A DNA stretch of 32,000 nucleotides from positions 1 through 32,000 of the forward strand of contig JAUWKS010000001.1 in assembly GCA_030614005.1 (NCBI GenBank), written 5' to 3'. The position numbers were made by a program, and so were the translations under genes. Origin of the DNA: Candidatus Heimdallarchaeota archaeon. Its GTDB lineage: Archaea > Asgardarchaeota > Heimdallarchaeia > JABLTI01. Below, piece by piece: positions 1 to 8,175 of the stretch (positions within the stretch are counted from its first letter, which is position 1; every line of letters starts with the position of its first letter). The notes below the pieces were generated by a model. It saw only the letters and a list, made by a program, of their open reading frames with translations. It was not told the DNA's origin and did not search any database.

Positions 1-2
1 AT

Positions 3-251
3 GTTATTGTCCCAGAACATTTTGCTGTTATGGGCGCAATTGGTGCTGCTATTCTTGCTCAAGAAGAAATCGATAAGAGACCAAGGAAAACAGCTTTCTA
101 TGGTTGGGATATCCCTGAAATGAATTTCAAGACATCAGGTTTTGAGTGTGATGGTTGTTCTAACATTTGTGAAATAGTTGAAATTAAAAAGAATGATGAC
201 TTGATTGCCCGTTGGGGTAGCAGATGCGGAAAGTGGGATTTAATTGATTAA
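3..251 (+). CDS. C-terminal fragment of a CoA-substrate-specific enzyme activase (BadF/BadG/BcrA/BcrD-type ATPase, 2-hydroxyacyl-CoA dehydratase activator family); gene starts upstream of the window
   Basis: The frame is open from base 3: VIVPEHFAVMGAIGAAILA matches the activase 'P..GAiGAAl.A' motif. It is followed by the F-x-C-x-G-C-x-N-x-C tail (FECDGCSNICEI) and RCGKW. Confidence 0.8.
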   Translation, partial: VIVPEHFAVMGAIGAAILAQEEIDKRPRKTAFYGWDIPEMNFKTSGFECDGCSNICEIVEIKKNDDLIARWGSRCGKWDLID

Positions 252-337
252 ATAATTATTTCTCTCTTTATTTTCTCATTTTTTAACTCCAACATTTAAT
301 AATAAATGTAATTAGTAATTATTCTATGGGTGATACT

Positions 338-1771
338 ATGAAAGAATATGATATTATAGCTATAGGTTCTGGATCTGCAATGAATATCCTCTCAGCGGTT
401 ATGAATGCTAGCCCTGAGCTTAAGGTTGCAATAATTGATAAAGACGAACCAGGTGGGATTTGTTTAACCAAAGGATGTATTCCAACAAAGATTTTGCTTT
501 ATCCTGCTGAAGTTTTACGAACAATTGAACGAGCATCATTATTTGGAATTAACGTTGATATCAAGAAAGTCGACTTCAAATTTGTTATGGATAGGATGAG
601 GAAAATCATCTATCATGATATTAACAATATTAGTGAGGGTTTGAGTAGTGCAGAGGAATTGGACTACTATCGAGAAGTGGCTGAATTCATTGATCCTTAC
701 ACGTTAAAAGTTGGTAAAGAAAAAATCAAAGGTAAAATGATTCTTCTTTGCACCGGTTCAAAACCAAAAATACCAAATATCAAAGGGCTTGATTCTATTG
801 ATTACCTTACAAGCGATACCATTTTGAAATTAACTGAACTTCCTGAGAGCATAACTATTGTTGGTGGCGGTTATATTGCAGCTGAATATGGTCATTTTCT
901 TTCAGCTATGGGTTCAAAAGTAACTATTATTGGTAGAAATCCTCAATTCCTTCCTCAAGAAGAGCCGGAAGTTTCTGCGTTAGCTTTGAGTGAGCTCCAG
1001 AAACATATGAAAATAGTAACCAATTTTGAAGTTACGGAAACAATGCAAACAAAGGGTGGTAAAATAATCACTAAAGCTATTAATAGAGAAACAAAAGAAC
1101 AGTTTGAGGCAATTACTGATAAAATTTTGATTGCAGCAGGAAGAAGTTCAAATTCAGATATCTTGAAACCAGAGAAAAGTGGCATTGAAACAGATAAGAA
1201 TGGCTGGATAACTGTCAATGAGTTTTTGGAGACTTCACAAGAGAACATTTGGGCTTTTGGTGATGCAAATGGAAAGTATCTCTTCAAACACGCTGCAAAT
1301 TATGAGTCTCAAATAGTTTACTACAATGCTATTAAGAAAGAAAAATACGCTGTTGATTATCACGCTATTCCTCGAGCAGTATTTAGTGAACCGGAAGTAG
1401 CCAGCGTTGGCATGAGAGAGAATGAAGCAATCAAAGAATTTGGTGAAGAAAACATTCTCATTGGTTTTCAAAGATACCAGGATACTGCGAAAGGCACAGC
1501 AATGGCATTAGAGAATTTCTTTGTAAAGATTATTCTGAAAAAGGACGATCTAGAAATTTTAGGAGCACATATTATTGGTCCCTTTGCTTCAGTGTTAATC
1601 CAAGAGATAATTAACCTAATGTACACTCGAGAGAGAACAATTATTCCAATACTACAAGGAATGCATATCCATCCTGCTCTCAATGAAGTTGTAGAACGTG
1701 CTGCTGGAAATATGATGCCTGTAGAGCAATATCATCACTTTTTGAAACATATAGGATTAGCAGAAAAGTAG
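338..1771 (+). CDS. Class I pyridine nucleotide-disulfide oxidoreductase (dihydrolipoyl dehydrogenase / mycothione reductase-like)
   Basis: FAD motif IGSGSA, redox disulfide GGICLTKGCIPTK, NAD(P) motif VGGGYIAAE, AFGDA, and C-terminal HIHPALNEVV. ATG 338 is preferred over 326 because GGTGA lies at 329-333. Confidence 0.92.
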   Translation: MKEYDIIAIGSGSAMNILSAVMNASPELKVAIIDKDEPGGICLTKGCIPTKILLYPAEVLRTIERASLFGINVDIKKVDFKFVMDRMRKIIYHDINNISEGLSSAEELDYYREVAEFIDPYTLKVGKEKIKGKMILLCTGSKPKIPNIKGLDSIDYLTSDTILKLTELPESITIVGGGYIAAEYGHFLSAMGSKVTIIGRNPQFLPQEEPEVSALALSELQKHMKIVTNFEVTETMQTKGGKIITKAINRETKEQFEAITDKILIAAGRSSNSDILKPEKSGIETDKNGWITVNEFLETSQENIWAFGDANGKYLFKHAANYESQIVYYNAIKKEKYAVDYHAIPRAVFSEPEVASVGMRENEAIKEFGEENILIGFQRYQDTAKGTAMALENFFVKIILKKDDLEILGAHIIGPFASVLIQEIINLMYTRERTIIPILQGMHIHPALNEVVERAAGNMMPVEQYHHFLKHIGLAEK

Positions 1772-1777
1772 ATCATT

Positions 1778-1815
1778 GAAAATAGCAAAAACTATTTTCT
1801 TTTTTTGTTTTTTTA
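1778..1815 (+). terminator. Hairpin plus long T-tract after the oxidoreductase
   Basis: GAAAATAG-caaaaa-CTATTTTC (8-bp stem, 1778-1799), followed by TTTTTTTTGTTTTTT. Confidence 0.6.
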
Positions 1816-1933
1816 TTACTATTTACCTTTTTAAACAGAGGGCGACAATTTTTTCGTACACAATTCTTCATAAGAAATTAATGCAAAACATTTTAAGAAT
1901 CAGCTACTTCAATATTCGAGAGGAAGAATATCT

Positions 1934-2938
1934 ATGACTCAGAAAGAACTAGAGACTACTAGAAAAACAATACTAAATAAAAACTACAAATGGTCGTGGT
2001 ATACATTTGGCATAGATTTAGCCAGTTATACAACAGCTAACCTAGTAGTGATTCTTTTAATGATACTTCAAAAAACATTCAATGTTGATAGTACTCTTCA
2101 GAATTGGGTCATTATACTTGTTGGAATACTCTTAGAACTAGCATTTGTTGGGTTTACAATAATTGATTCTTCCAGAAGCAATCCTAATAGTCGATTTTAT
2201 GGTTCAAAAATATTTAACCTACCAGTATTAGCTATCACAGTATTAATAACTACAGCAATTTTCTGGAAAAATGAAGAAGTATTTGCAATCGCTTATGGAA
2301 CTTTATGTGGAGCTTTTGCAGGATACCTTGCAGGTGGGTTAGCTTATGCAAACTTTTTCATCAAAATAAAGGATGAGGTTTACAGAACGCTATTTGGTGG
2401 CTGTGTAGCAACATTCCTTGGAGGTATTGTTGGTGGAGTTTTTGCAGGATTAATGAGTTTCCAAAATTACTTCATTGAAGATACTTGGGTCTACACAGAT
2501 ACTATTGGTGCTCAGATTTTCGGCGGACTTTTCATGGGTTTTTGGGGTGGAGCAATAATCTCAGGTCCTATTGCTGTTGTTTTACTTTATTTGTTGAAAG
2601 ATAAAACTGAATTCACATCATTCTTTACAAAAATAATGCACTTTGGAACACAAAAGGAAATAGCTAAAGATCTTAAGAAATATTTCAAACTCGATGTTGA
2701 GTCACCTAATAAAGATTCTAGAATTACCTTAAAACTTGAAGAGATATTTGTTCTGAAAACAGAAGAACAGAAAGAATTAAACCGCTTTTTTGAGATTATG
2801 CGGAAAATTGCTTACTTTGTCTCACCCTGGGATAAGGAAAGTGAATCCGATAGACAAAAGATCTTTTCAAATATAATTGATTCTTCTCTAGAAAAGTTAC
2901 CACTGAATAAAGATGCTGATAAAATAGTTCATGAATGA
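1934..2938 (+). CDS. Hypothetical multi-pass membrane protein with Gly-rich helices and a soluble C-terminal domain
   Basis: 334-aa ORF with about 7-8 hydrophobic segments, GxxxG-rich helices, a charged C-terminal ~110 aa, and upstream GAGGA. Confidence 0.8.
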   Translation: MTQKELETTRKTILNKNYKWSWYTFGIDLASYTTANLVVILLMILQKTFNVDSTLQNWVIILVGILLELAFVGFTIIDSSRSNPNSRFYGSKIFNLPVLAITVLITTAIFWKNEEVFAIAYGTLCGAFAGYLAGGLAYANFFIKIKDEVYRTLFGGCVATFLGGIVGGVFAGLMSFQNYFIEDTWVYTDTIGAQIFGGLFMGFWGGAIISGPIAVVLLYLLKDKTEFTSFFTKIMHFGTQKEIAKDLKKYFKLDVESPNKDSRITLKLEEIFVLKTEEQKELNRFFEIMRKIAYFVSPWDKESESDRQKIFSNIIDSSLEKLPLNKDADKIVHE

Positions 2939-3435
2939 ATTCTATCATCATTAAAATCAATATGGTTATACGCAGCAGCATATAGCCGATCAGTCTTTTC
3001 TTTTCTTGCTATACGAATATTGTTGATAAATTCATCGAGATCCTTATACCAAGAAAGATGGCCCTCTCCTTCCGTTTCTTCTTTAGTATATCTAAATTGA
3101 GAATTGAATTTAAAGCGTAAGAACTCTCCAAATGTCATATTGTGTGCATCAAGATAATAGCGCTTAATAAAATATTGAATGCCTACTATTTCAAAAAACG
3201 CAACCATGCCACCAACGATGTAAAATGGCCAGAGATGAAATTCTTGAGTTATTGCATAATAATACAAGATAGGTCCCATAACAAAAGCGATAACCAACAA
3301 TGGTATTATAATGAAAATAAAACCGAGCTCAAAAAGGATAAAGTTATTTCTAGTTTGACGTTCGATTATTTTTATCGAGCGAAGCTGTCTTCTTTGGTTT
3401 CTTTGAGATAGAACATTAACTTCATTTCTACTCAT
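2929..3435 (-). CDS. Hypothetical two-TM membrane protein
   Basis: 168-aa ORF with a basic N-terminus, two hydrophobic stretches and a soluble tail. It overlaps the convergent gene by 10 nt. Confidence 0.75.
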   Translation of the reverse strand: MSRNEVNVLSQRNQRRQLRSIKIIERQTRNNFILFELGFIFIIIPLLVIAFVMGPILYYYAITQEFHLWPFYIVGGMVAFFEIVGIQYFIKRYYLDAHNMTFGEFLRFKFNSQFRYTKEETEGEGHLSWYKDLDEFINNIRIARKEKTDRLYAAAYNHIDFNDDRIHS

Positions 3436-3674
3436 TTGACATCGTCCCTATTTTTTATCTGTAGATAATTATTGAATAACTTGCTTTTTATTTTATTGAT
3501 AAATGTATTAAACCTAATAGACAATAACATTTTAATTAACCTTGAGTATTATTGTTTTGGGCAGAGTTATTTTCAGAAAGAAAAAGAATGATGATATACC
3601 TAACTCTAATGTTTAAGGTAAATCAATCAATATATAATTTATTTTTTATCTACGATTCAAATATGATTAGGATT

Positions 3675-3854
3675 TCAATCAATAAACCAAACATAATTTG
3701 AATTGTCAGCAATTTTTGGGTATTGAAGTTGTTTTTTGTATAGATAGTGTATCATCTCATAAGCATAATCGAAAGAATCAACAGCATTATGTCCATCCAC
3801 TACATAATTAAAGAAATAATGAGACATTCTCCCTTCATTTGGGAGGTCCCCCAT
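3675..3854 (-). pseudogene. 59-codon ORF not in the track; possible remnant of a caspase/legumain-like (clan CD) peptidase C-terminus
   Basis: Manual translation gives MGDLPNEGRMSHYFFNYVVDGHNAVDSFDYAYEMIHYLYKKQLQYPKIADNSNYVWFID*. Composition is protein-like and GC is higher than the flanks. The family resemblance is from memory only. Confidence 0.4.
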
Positions 3855-4035
3855 AGTGAAGAGAAATGAAATTTGAAAGAATTTGTGAAATTAGTTTTTT
3901 TAAAAGATCTGTTACAAGATTATATTAACTTTACACAAGTAGAATTGCTTTTCTAAGAAATAGAAATATAAACTAGTATGCTTACCAACAAAATGCTAGT
4001 GAAGTAATAAACGCAATTTCGGAGTTGTCAATAGA

Positions 4036-4671
4036 ATGGCAGATAATAAATCAACAAATCCAATTATTAAACCGTTAAATTTCAGGGTACATCTGATCCT
4101 CTTTCTTGTTTCGGGAACTCTCTGGGAACCTTTTTTCAATCTATTTTGTTTTCTAGGATTAAATAAAATAGCTGCTTATCCAACACCAGAAGGAGTGCCA
4201 CCAACAAAAAACAATGTTCTAGTTAACATTCTATTAATACTGTCCATTTTTGGTGCACCTGTTGCTTGGTACAGAAGATATCAAATTCTCCATGAATACA
4301 TAGATTTCATGGAACCACATCTACCCTCTCTTCCCAAAAAAGTTAATGAAAATGGAGAGGAGGAAGAAGTTAAACGACTCAACTGTTTATCGGGCAAAGA
4401 GTTTATTGGGTTCGCAATAACGACAGTTCTAATATTACTACTCTTAGCTGGGTCTTTTACGTTAGTAATTTATTATTTAATCCAATTTAATCAAGGATTA
4501 TTGCCAGATACTATCTGGGGGAACGGTGCTTTTATGATCTTCTTACCGATTGGTATCGCTTCGTTCTTTATAGGTTTGGGATTTAGTGTTAGAACTGCTA
4601 TTGAGGAAAAGAAGTGGTTCGAAGCCTTTAATTCACTATCCAAAGAAATAATGGCTATAAATAAGAAATAA
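4036..4671 (+). CDS. Membrane protein, DUF4234-like
   Basis: 211 aa with four hydrophobic segments. Helix pairs end in aromatic/basic motifs (VAWYRRYQILHEYI). Upstream GGAG. Confidence 0.7.
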   Translation: MADNKSTNPIIKPLNFRVHLILFLVSGTLWEPFFNLFCFLGLNKIAAYPTPEGVPPTKNNVLVNILLILSIFGAPVAWYRRYQILHEYIDFMEPHLPSLPKKVNENGEEEEVKRLNCLSGKEFIGFAITTVLILLLLAGSFTLVIYYLIQFNQGLLPDTIWGNGAFMIFLPIGIASFFIGLGFSVRTAIEEKKWFEAFNSLSKEIMAINKK

Positions 4672-4737
4672 CAAAAAGCAAAATTCAAGGTGTACAATGA
4701 ACTTGTAAATTTCATTGTACTTTTATTACTATTTTTC

Positions 4738-5829
4738 TTATGGAACAAGAACAGCACAAGTTAACATTCTTTTACCAAATCTTTCTTTGGAAAGACACTT
4801 TCTGCAATCAATGCAATCGGATCTCTTCTTCCCAGTAATTAATCTACTTGAAAAATACGGTTCTCTGATAAATGGTTTACTCATTGAAATAAAGTCAGTA
4901 ATATTGTTCTCCAAAAGAGCATCCATTGTCGATCTTGTACGTATTCCATCTACCAAAGCTAAAGTAGTATTTGGTACTGCTTCTCTTATTTTTTCAGCAT
5001 GCCCAGAGAAATTCCCTTCAAAATAAGGGGCATCTGAAGAGGGTTTGCCTCTAGTTTTTCTTATTTCAGTATCTTGTTTTGGACCGCCACCAGATATTTC
5101 GATAAAGTCAATTCCTCTTTCAGCTAACCACTTAGAAATTTGTATCGAATCCTGAATTTCAATGCCATCTTTAGGAGCAAAATCATCGCAATTTAATTTT
5201 ACGCCAATAACTGGTTCATTGCCTATTTTCTTTTTAATTGCATCAAAAACATCCAATAGTAATTTAGAACGATTTTCCAAATTCCCTCCATATTTATCTT
5301 CTCTCTTGTTAATATTCTTTGAAAGAAATTGGCTGACTAAATATCCATGAGCCGAATGAATTTGCACGCCATCAAATCCTGCTTGAAGTGCTAATTCAGC
5401 TGAAGAAGCAAAATTCTCTATTATAGTTGCTATATCTTCTAGTGTTGCTTCCCTCGCTTCAATATCATCTGTCCTATAAATTGATGCTGTTACTCTATCT
5501 GCTTTGCTGCTTAAACCACCGTGATTTATCTGGGCAATAATTGGTACACCATAATAATGAACCATTTTTGTTAATTCAGTCATTTTAGCAAGATGAGATT
5601 CTTCAGATAATCCAGATTGACCGGTATGAGCTTTTCCTGTTTTTGAAATATAGGAATGCCCTTTAATGATTATTCCTAAATCACCCTTTGCAAGCAGTCG
5701 ATAATAATCTAAAATTGGTTCGCGTAGAATTCCATTCTCATCGGACCAGTAAGAAGTAGTTGCAGATCGCATTACTCTATTTTTACTTTCAAGATGTTTA
5801 ATTTTAAAAGAGCTGAAAAGTTTTGACAT
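4738..5829 (-). CDS. NADH:flavin oxidoreductase (Old Yellow Enzyme family)
   Basis: NRVMRSAT, AQINHGG, AGFDGVQIHSAHGYLVSQFLS, NKREDKYGGNLENR, IEISGG, SMSKPFIREP, and C-terminal CIDCRKC. ATG 5829 (MSKLF) is preferred over the track start 5868. Confidence 0.92.
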   Translation of the reverse strand: MSKLFSSFKIKHLESKNRVMRSATTSYWSDENGILREPILDYYRLLAKGDLGIIIKGHSYISKTGKAHTGQSGLSEESHLAKMTELTKMVHYYGVPIIAQINHGGLSSKADRVTASIYRTDDIEAREATLEDIATIIENFASSAELALQAGFDGVQIHSAHGYLVSQFLSKNINKREDKYGGNLENRSKLLLDVFDAIKKKIGNEPVIGVKLNCDDFAPKDGIEIQDSIQISKWLAERGIDFIEISGGGPKQDTEIRKTRGKPSSDAPYFEGNFSGHAEKIREAVPNTTLALVDGIRTRSTMDALLENNITDFISMSKPFIREPYFSSRLITGKKRSDCIDCRKCLSKERFGKRMLTCAVLVP

Positions 5830-5917
5830 AATAGACTTGAATATAATACTAAATAAAAGATTTCTCACTTAAAAGGAAATTAAAAATTGATTAATTTCTA
5901 TGAAATAGAAGAAAAAA

Positions 5918-6214
5918 CTAGACGGGGGAAGTGATACAAATTGGACAATCCGCGCATTTAACTTCTCTATTATCATAACAGTTTTGACAAATAAGCATGT
6001 TGCATTGAACACATCTATAGAATTTACCACACATTTCCTTCTTCAAGCTTTCAAATAATTCATGCTGTTTTTTTCCTGCATTTGGATTAAATGTCTTTGA
6101 TACCTTTACCTCATCACCACAACAATCACAAAAGAAATTTAGTTTCATTTCGCCACTTTTTACTGAATAATTGAATCCATTTGTGAAGTCTTCTGCTAAT
6201 AGTTCCTTAGTCAT
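5918..6214 (-). CDS. Small Cys-rich putative zinc-binding protein
   Basis: FFCDCCG near the N-terminus and C-x2-C-x4-C-x2-C-x7-C-x2-C (CVQCNMLICQNCYDNREVKCADC). GGTGGA precedes ATG 6214. Confidence 0.75.
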   Translation of the reverse strand: MTKELLAEDFTNGFNYSVKSGEMKLNFFCDCCGDEVKVSKTFNPNAGKKQHELFESLKKEMCGKFYRCVQCNMLICQNCYDNREVKCADCPICITSPV

Positions 6215-6397
6215 TTGTTCCACCAAATTTAAGTGAATGTTAAATTCATGTATGATATTATTTAGGTTTATTTTTTTTTAAAAGCTAATGCTTTAGTTTC
6301 TAATAGGTATGTAGCTATTATTTTCTAAAGTAGAGCTTACTGTTTTTAAAGCTAAACAATACCTTTTTGTAAAATACGTTTCAAACTAACGCTTGAA

Positions 6398-6799
6398 ATG
6401 TCTGATAAAATGCTTGATCTTATTTGGTCATTAGATATCGAAAAAATGAATGACCATCTTCCCACGGAAAGAAAAACACTTGCTGAATTACTTTCAGAAG
6501 ACAAGCCGCAAGTTAAAGCGAAGAAAGATCTCGAGACAATTTGTAAAATTTTTCCAGAAGAAGAATGGAAGAACGTTAATTTACCAATTGTTCTACTTCG
6601 AAGAACAGCAATGGATAAAGGACTTTTTTCAGTTTCAGGTGGTGTCAGAGAATTATATATTGTCCATCGCATTTCTGGGAGAACTTCTGAAAAATTCTCT
6701 CGATTTAAATTAGATGACCATCAATCCTACATTTGGAAGCCTGAAGCTTTTTCTGCTATAAGAAAAGTCGGTTCAATAATTATTATTGGTTATACATAA
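6398..6799 (+). CDS. DUF61 (UPF0216) family archaeal protein
   Basis: NDHLPTERKTLAELLSEDKP, NLPIVL and YIWKPE match the DUF61 pattern as I recall it. Confidence 0.75.
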   Translation: MSDKMLDLIWSLDIEKMNDHLPTERKTLAELLSEDKPQVKAKKDLETICKIFPEEEWKNVNLPIVLLRRTAMDKGLFSVSGGVRELYIVHRISGRTSEKFSRFKLDDHQSYIWKPEAFSAIRKVGSIIIIGYT

Positions 6800-6846
6800 A
6801 ATTGGTTTATATAGAAATCACCTTCTCTTTTATTTGAGGAATAAAT

Positions 6847-8172
6847 ATGACTAATCTAAACATTGACGAAACAATTACCCTTCTACAAGAGCTCATCAGA
6901 AATGAATGTGTCAACCCTCCAGGAAATGAATTATTAAGCATTAAATCTATTGAAAAATTTCTAAGCAAGAAAGGAATTTCTTGTAAGATTTTCCAATCAT
7001 CAGAGAATCGTGGTAATTTAATTGCTAGAATTAAAGGTTCCGCGAATGGTCCATCAATGATGTTTGGACCCTCACACGTTGATGTTGTTCCTATTGAGAA
7101 ACCAGATGAATGGATTATTCCTCCTTTTTCAGGTGAAAATAAGGATGGTTTTATTTGGGGTAGGGGTTCATTTGATATGCTTTTTATGGTAGCGGCTCAA
7201 TGTCAAGCATTTGCTATACTTCATAAAGAGAAATTTAAACCAAAAGGAGATCTAATATTAGCAATTGTAGCAGATGAAGAGGTGGGAGGAAAATATGGTT
7301 GCAAATGGATGGTAGATAATCATCCTGAAGAAATGAAAGTAGATAATGCTGTCTCAGAATTTGGTGGATTGGAAATTTCCGAAAATAAGCTAATTCTTCC
7401 TTATGCTGAAAAAGGAGTTATTGGACTTCGATTAACTTTCAAAGGTCAAAGTGGTCATGCATCTATGCCCTATGGTAAAGACAATTCAGTAGAAAAATTG
7501 TCTGAAGCAATAATTCGAATTAACAAGTACAAGATGCCCTATACAACCAAATATCTAAAACATCTAGCAAAAGGTTTAGGAGTTGGATTTATACAACGGA
7601 TGTTATTATCTAGAAAATTATTACTTCCCCTAGCTTTGAAAATTTTGCAGAAAACTAATCCAGTAATGGCTGGAAAATTACACAGCATGAGTAGAACTAC
7701 ATTAGCAACAACAATTATTCGTGGTGGCCAAAAAATCAATGTTTTGCCGGGTTCAAGCAGTGTAGATATCGATTGTAGATTACTGCCAGAACAAGACCTC
7801 AATTACGCTAAAAAGCACATCCTAAAGGCACTTGGCAAAAAGTTAGCTAAAGAAGTTGAAATTACTATCATTGAAGATTCATTAGATGTTGCTGGATCTG
7901 AAAGTCCACTTGATACAGAGTTTGTTAATGCAATTAAACGAACATTTCAGAAATTAATTCCAAATAGCTCAATTGTTCCAGTAATATCTTATGGTGCAAC
8001 AGATCTTAGATTTATTAGACGAAATGGTGGAAATGGGTATGGATTTTGTCTATTTGAGTCAGGAGAGGATATTTCTGATTTGGCGCACAATATAAATGAA
8101 AAGATTGGAATTAAAACAGTCGAATTAACAACTAAAGCAATGTATGAATTAGCAAAAGAATATCTTGGGTGA
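6847..8172 (+). CDS. M20/M25/M40 family metallo-hydrolase (peptidase / acylaminoacylase)
   Basis: Metal ligand motifs SHVDVVP, GRGSFDM, ADEEVGG, SEFGG and AHNINE; GQSGHASMP; dimerisation domain GGQKINVLP. Confidence 0.93.
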   Translation: MTNLNIDETITLLQELIRNECVNPPGNELLSIKSIEKFLSKKGISCKIFQSSENRGNLIARIKGSANGPSMMFGPSHVDVVPIEKPDEWIIPPFSGENKDGFIWGRGSFDMLFMVAAQCQAFAILHKEKFKPKGDLILAIVADEEVGGKYGCKWMVDNHPEEMKVDNAVSEFGGLEISENKLILPYAEKGVIGLRLTFKGQSGHASMPYGKDNSVEKLSEAIIRINKYKMPYTTKYLKHLAKGLGVGFIQRMLLSRKLLLPLALKILQKTNPVMAGKLHSMSRTTLATTIIRGGQKINVLPGSSSVDIDCRLLPEQDLNYAKKHILKALGKKLAKEVEITIIEDSLDVAGSESPLDTEFVNAIKRTFQKLIPNSSIVPVISYGATDLRFIRRNGGNGYGFCLFESGEDISDLAHNINEKIGIKTVELTTKAMYELAKEYLG

Positions 8173-8175
8173 ATT

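Noticed and set aside
3580-3660. ATGATGA as box C of a C/D sRNA
   Set aside because: No CTGA box D at a suitable distance and no terminal stem.
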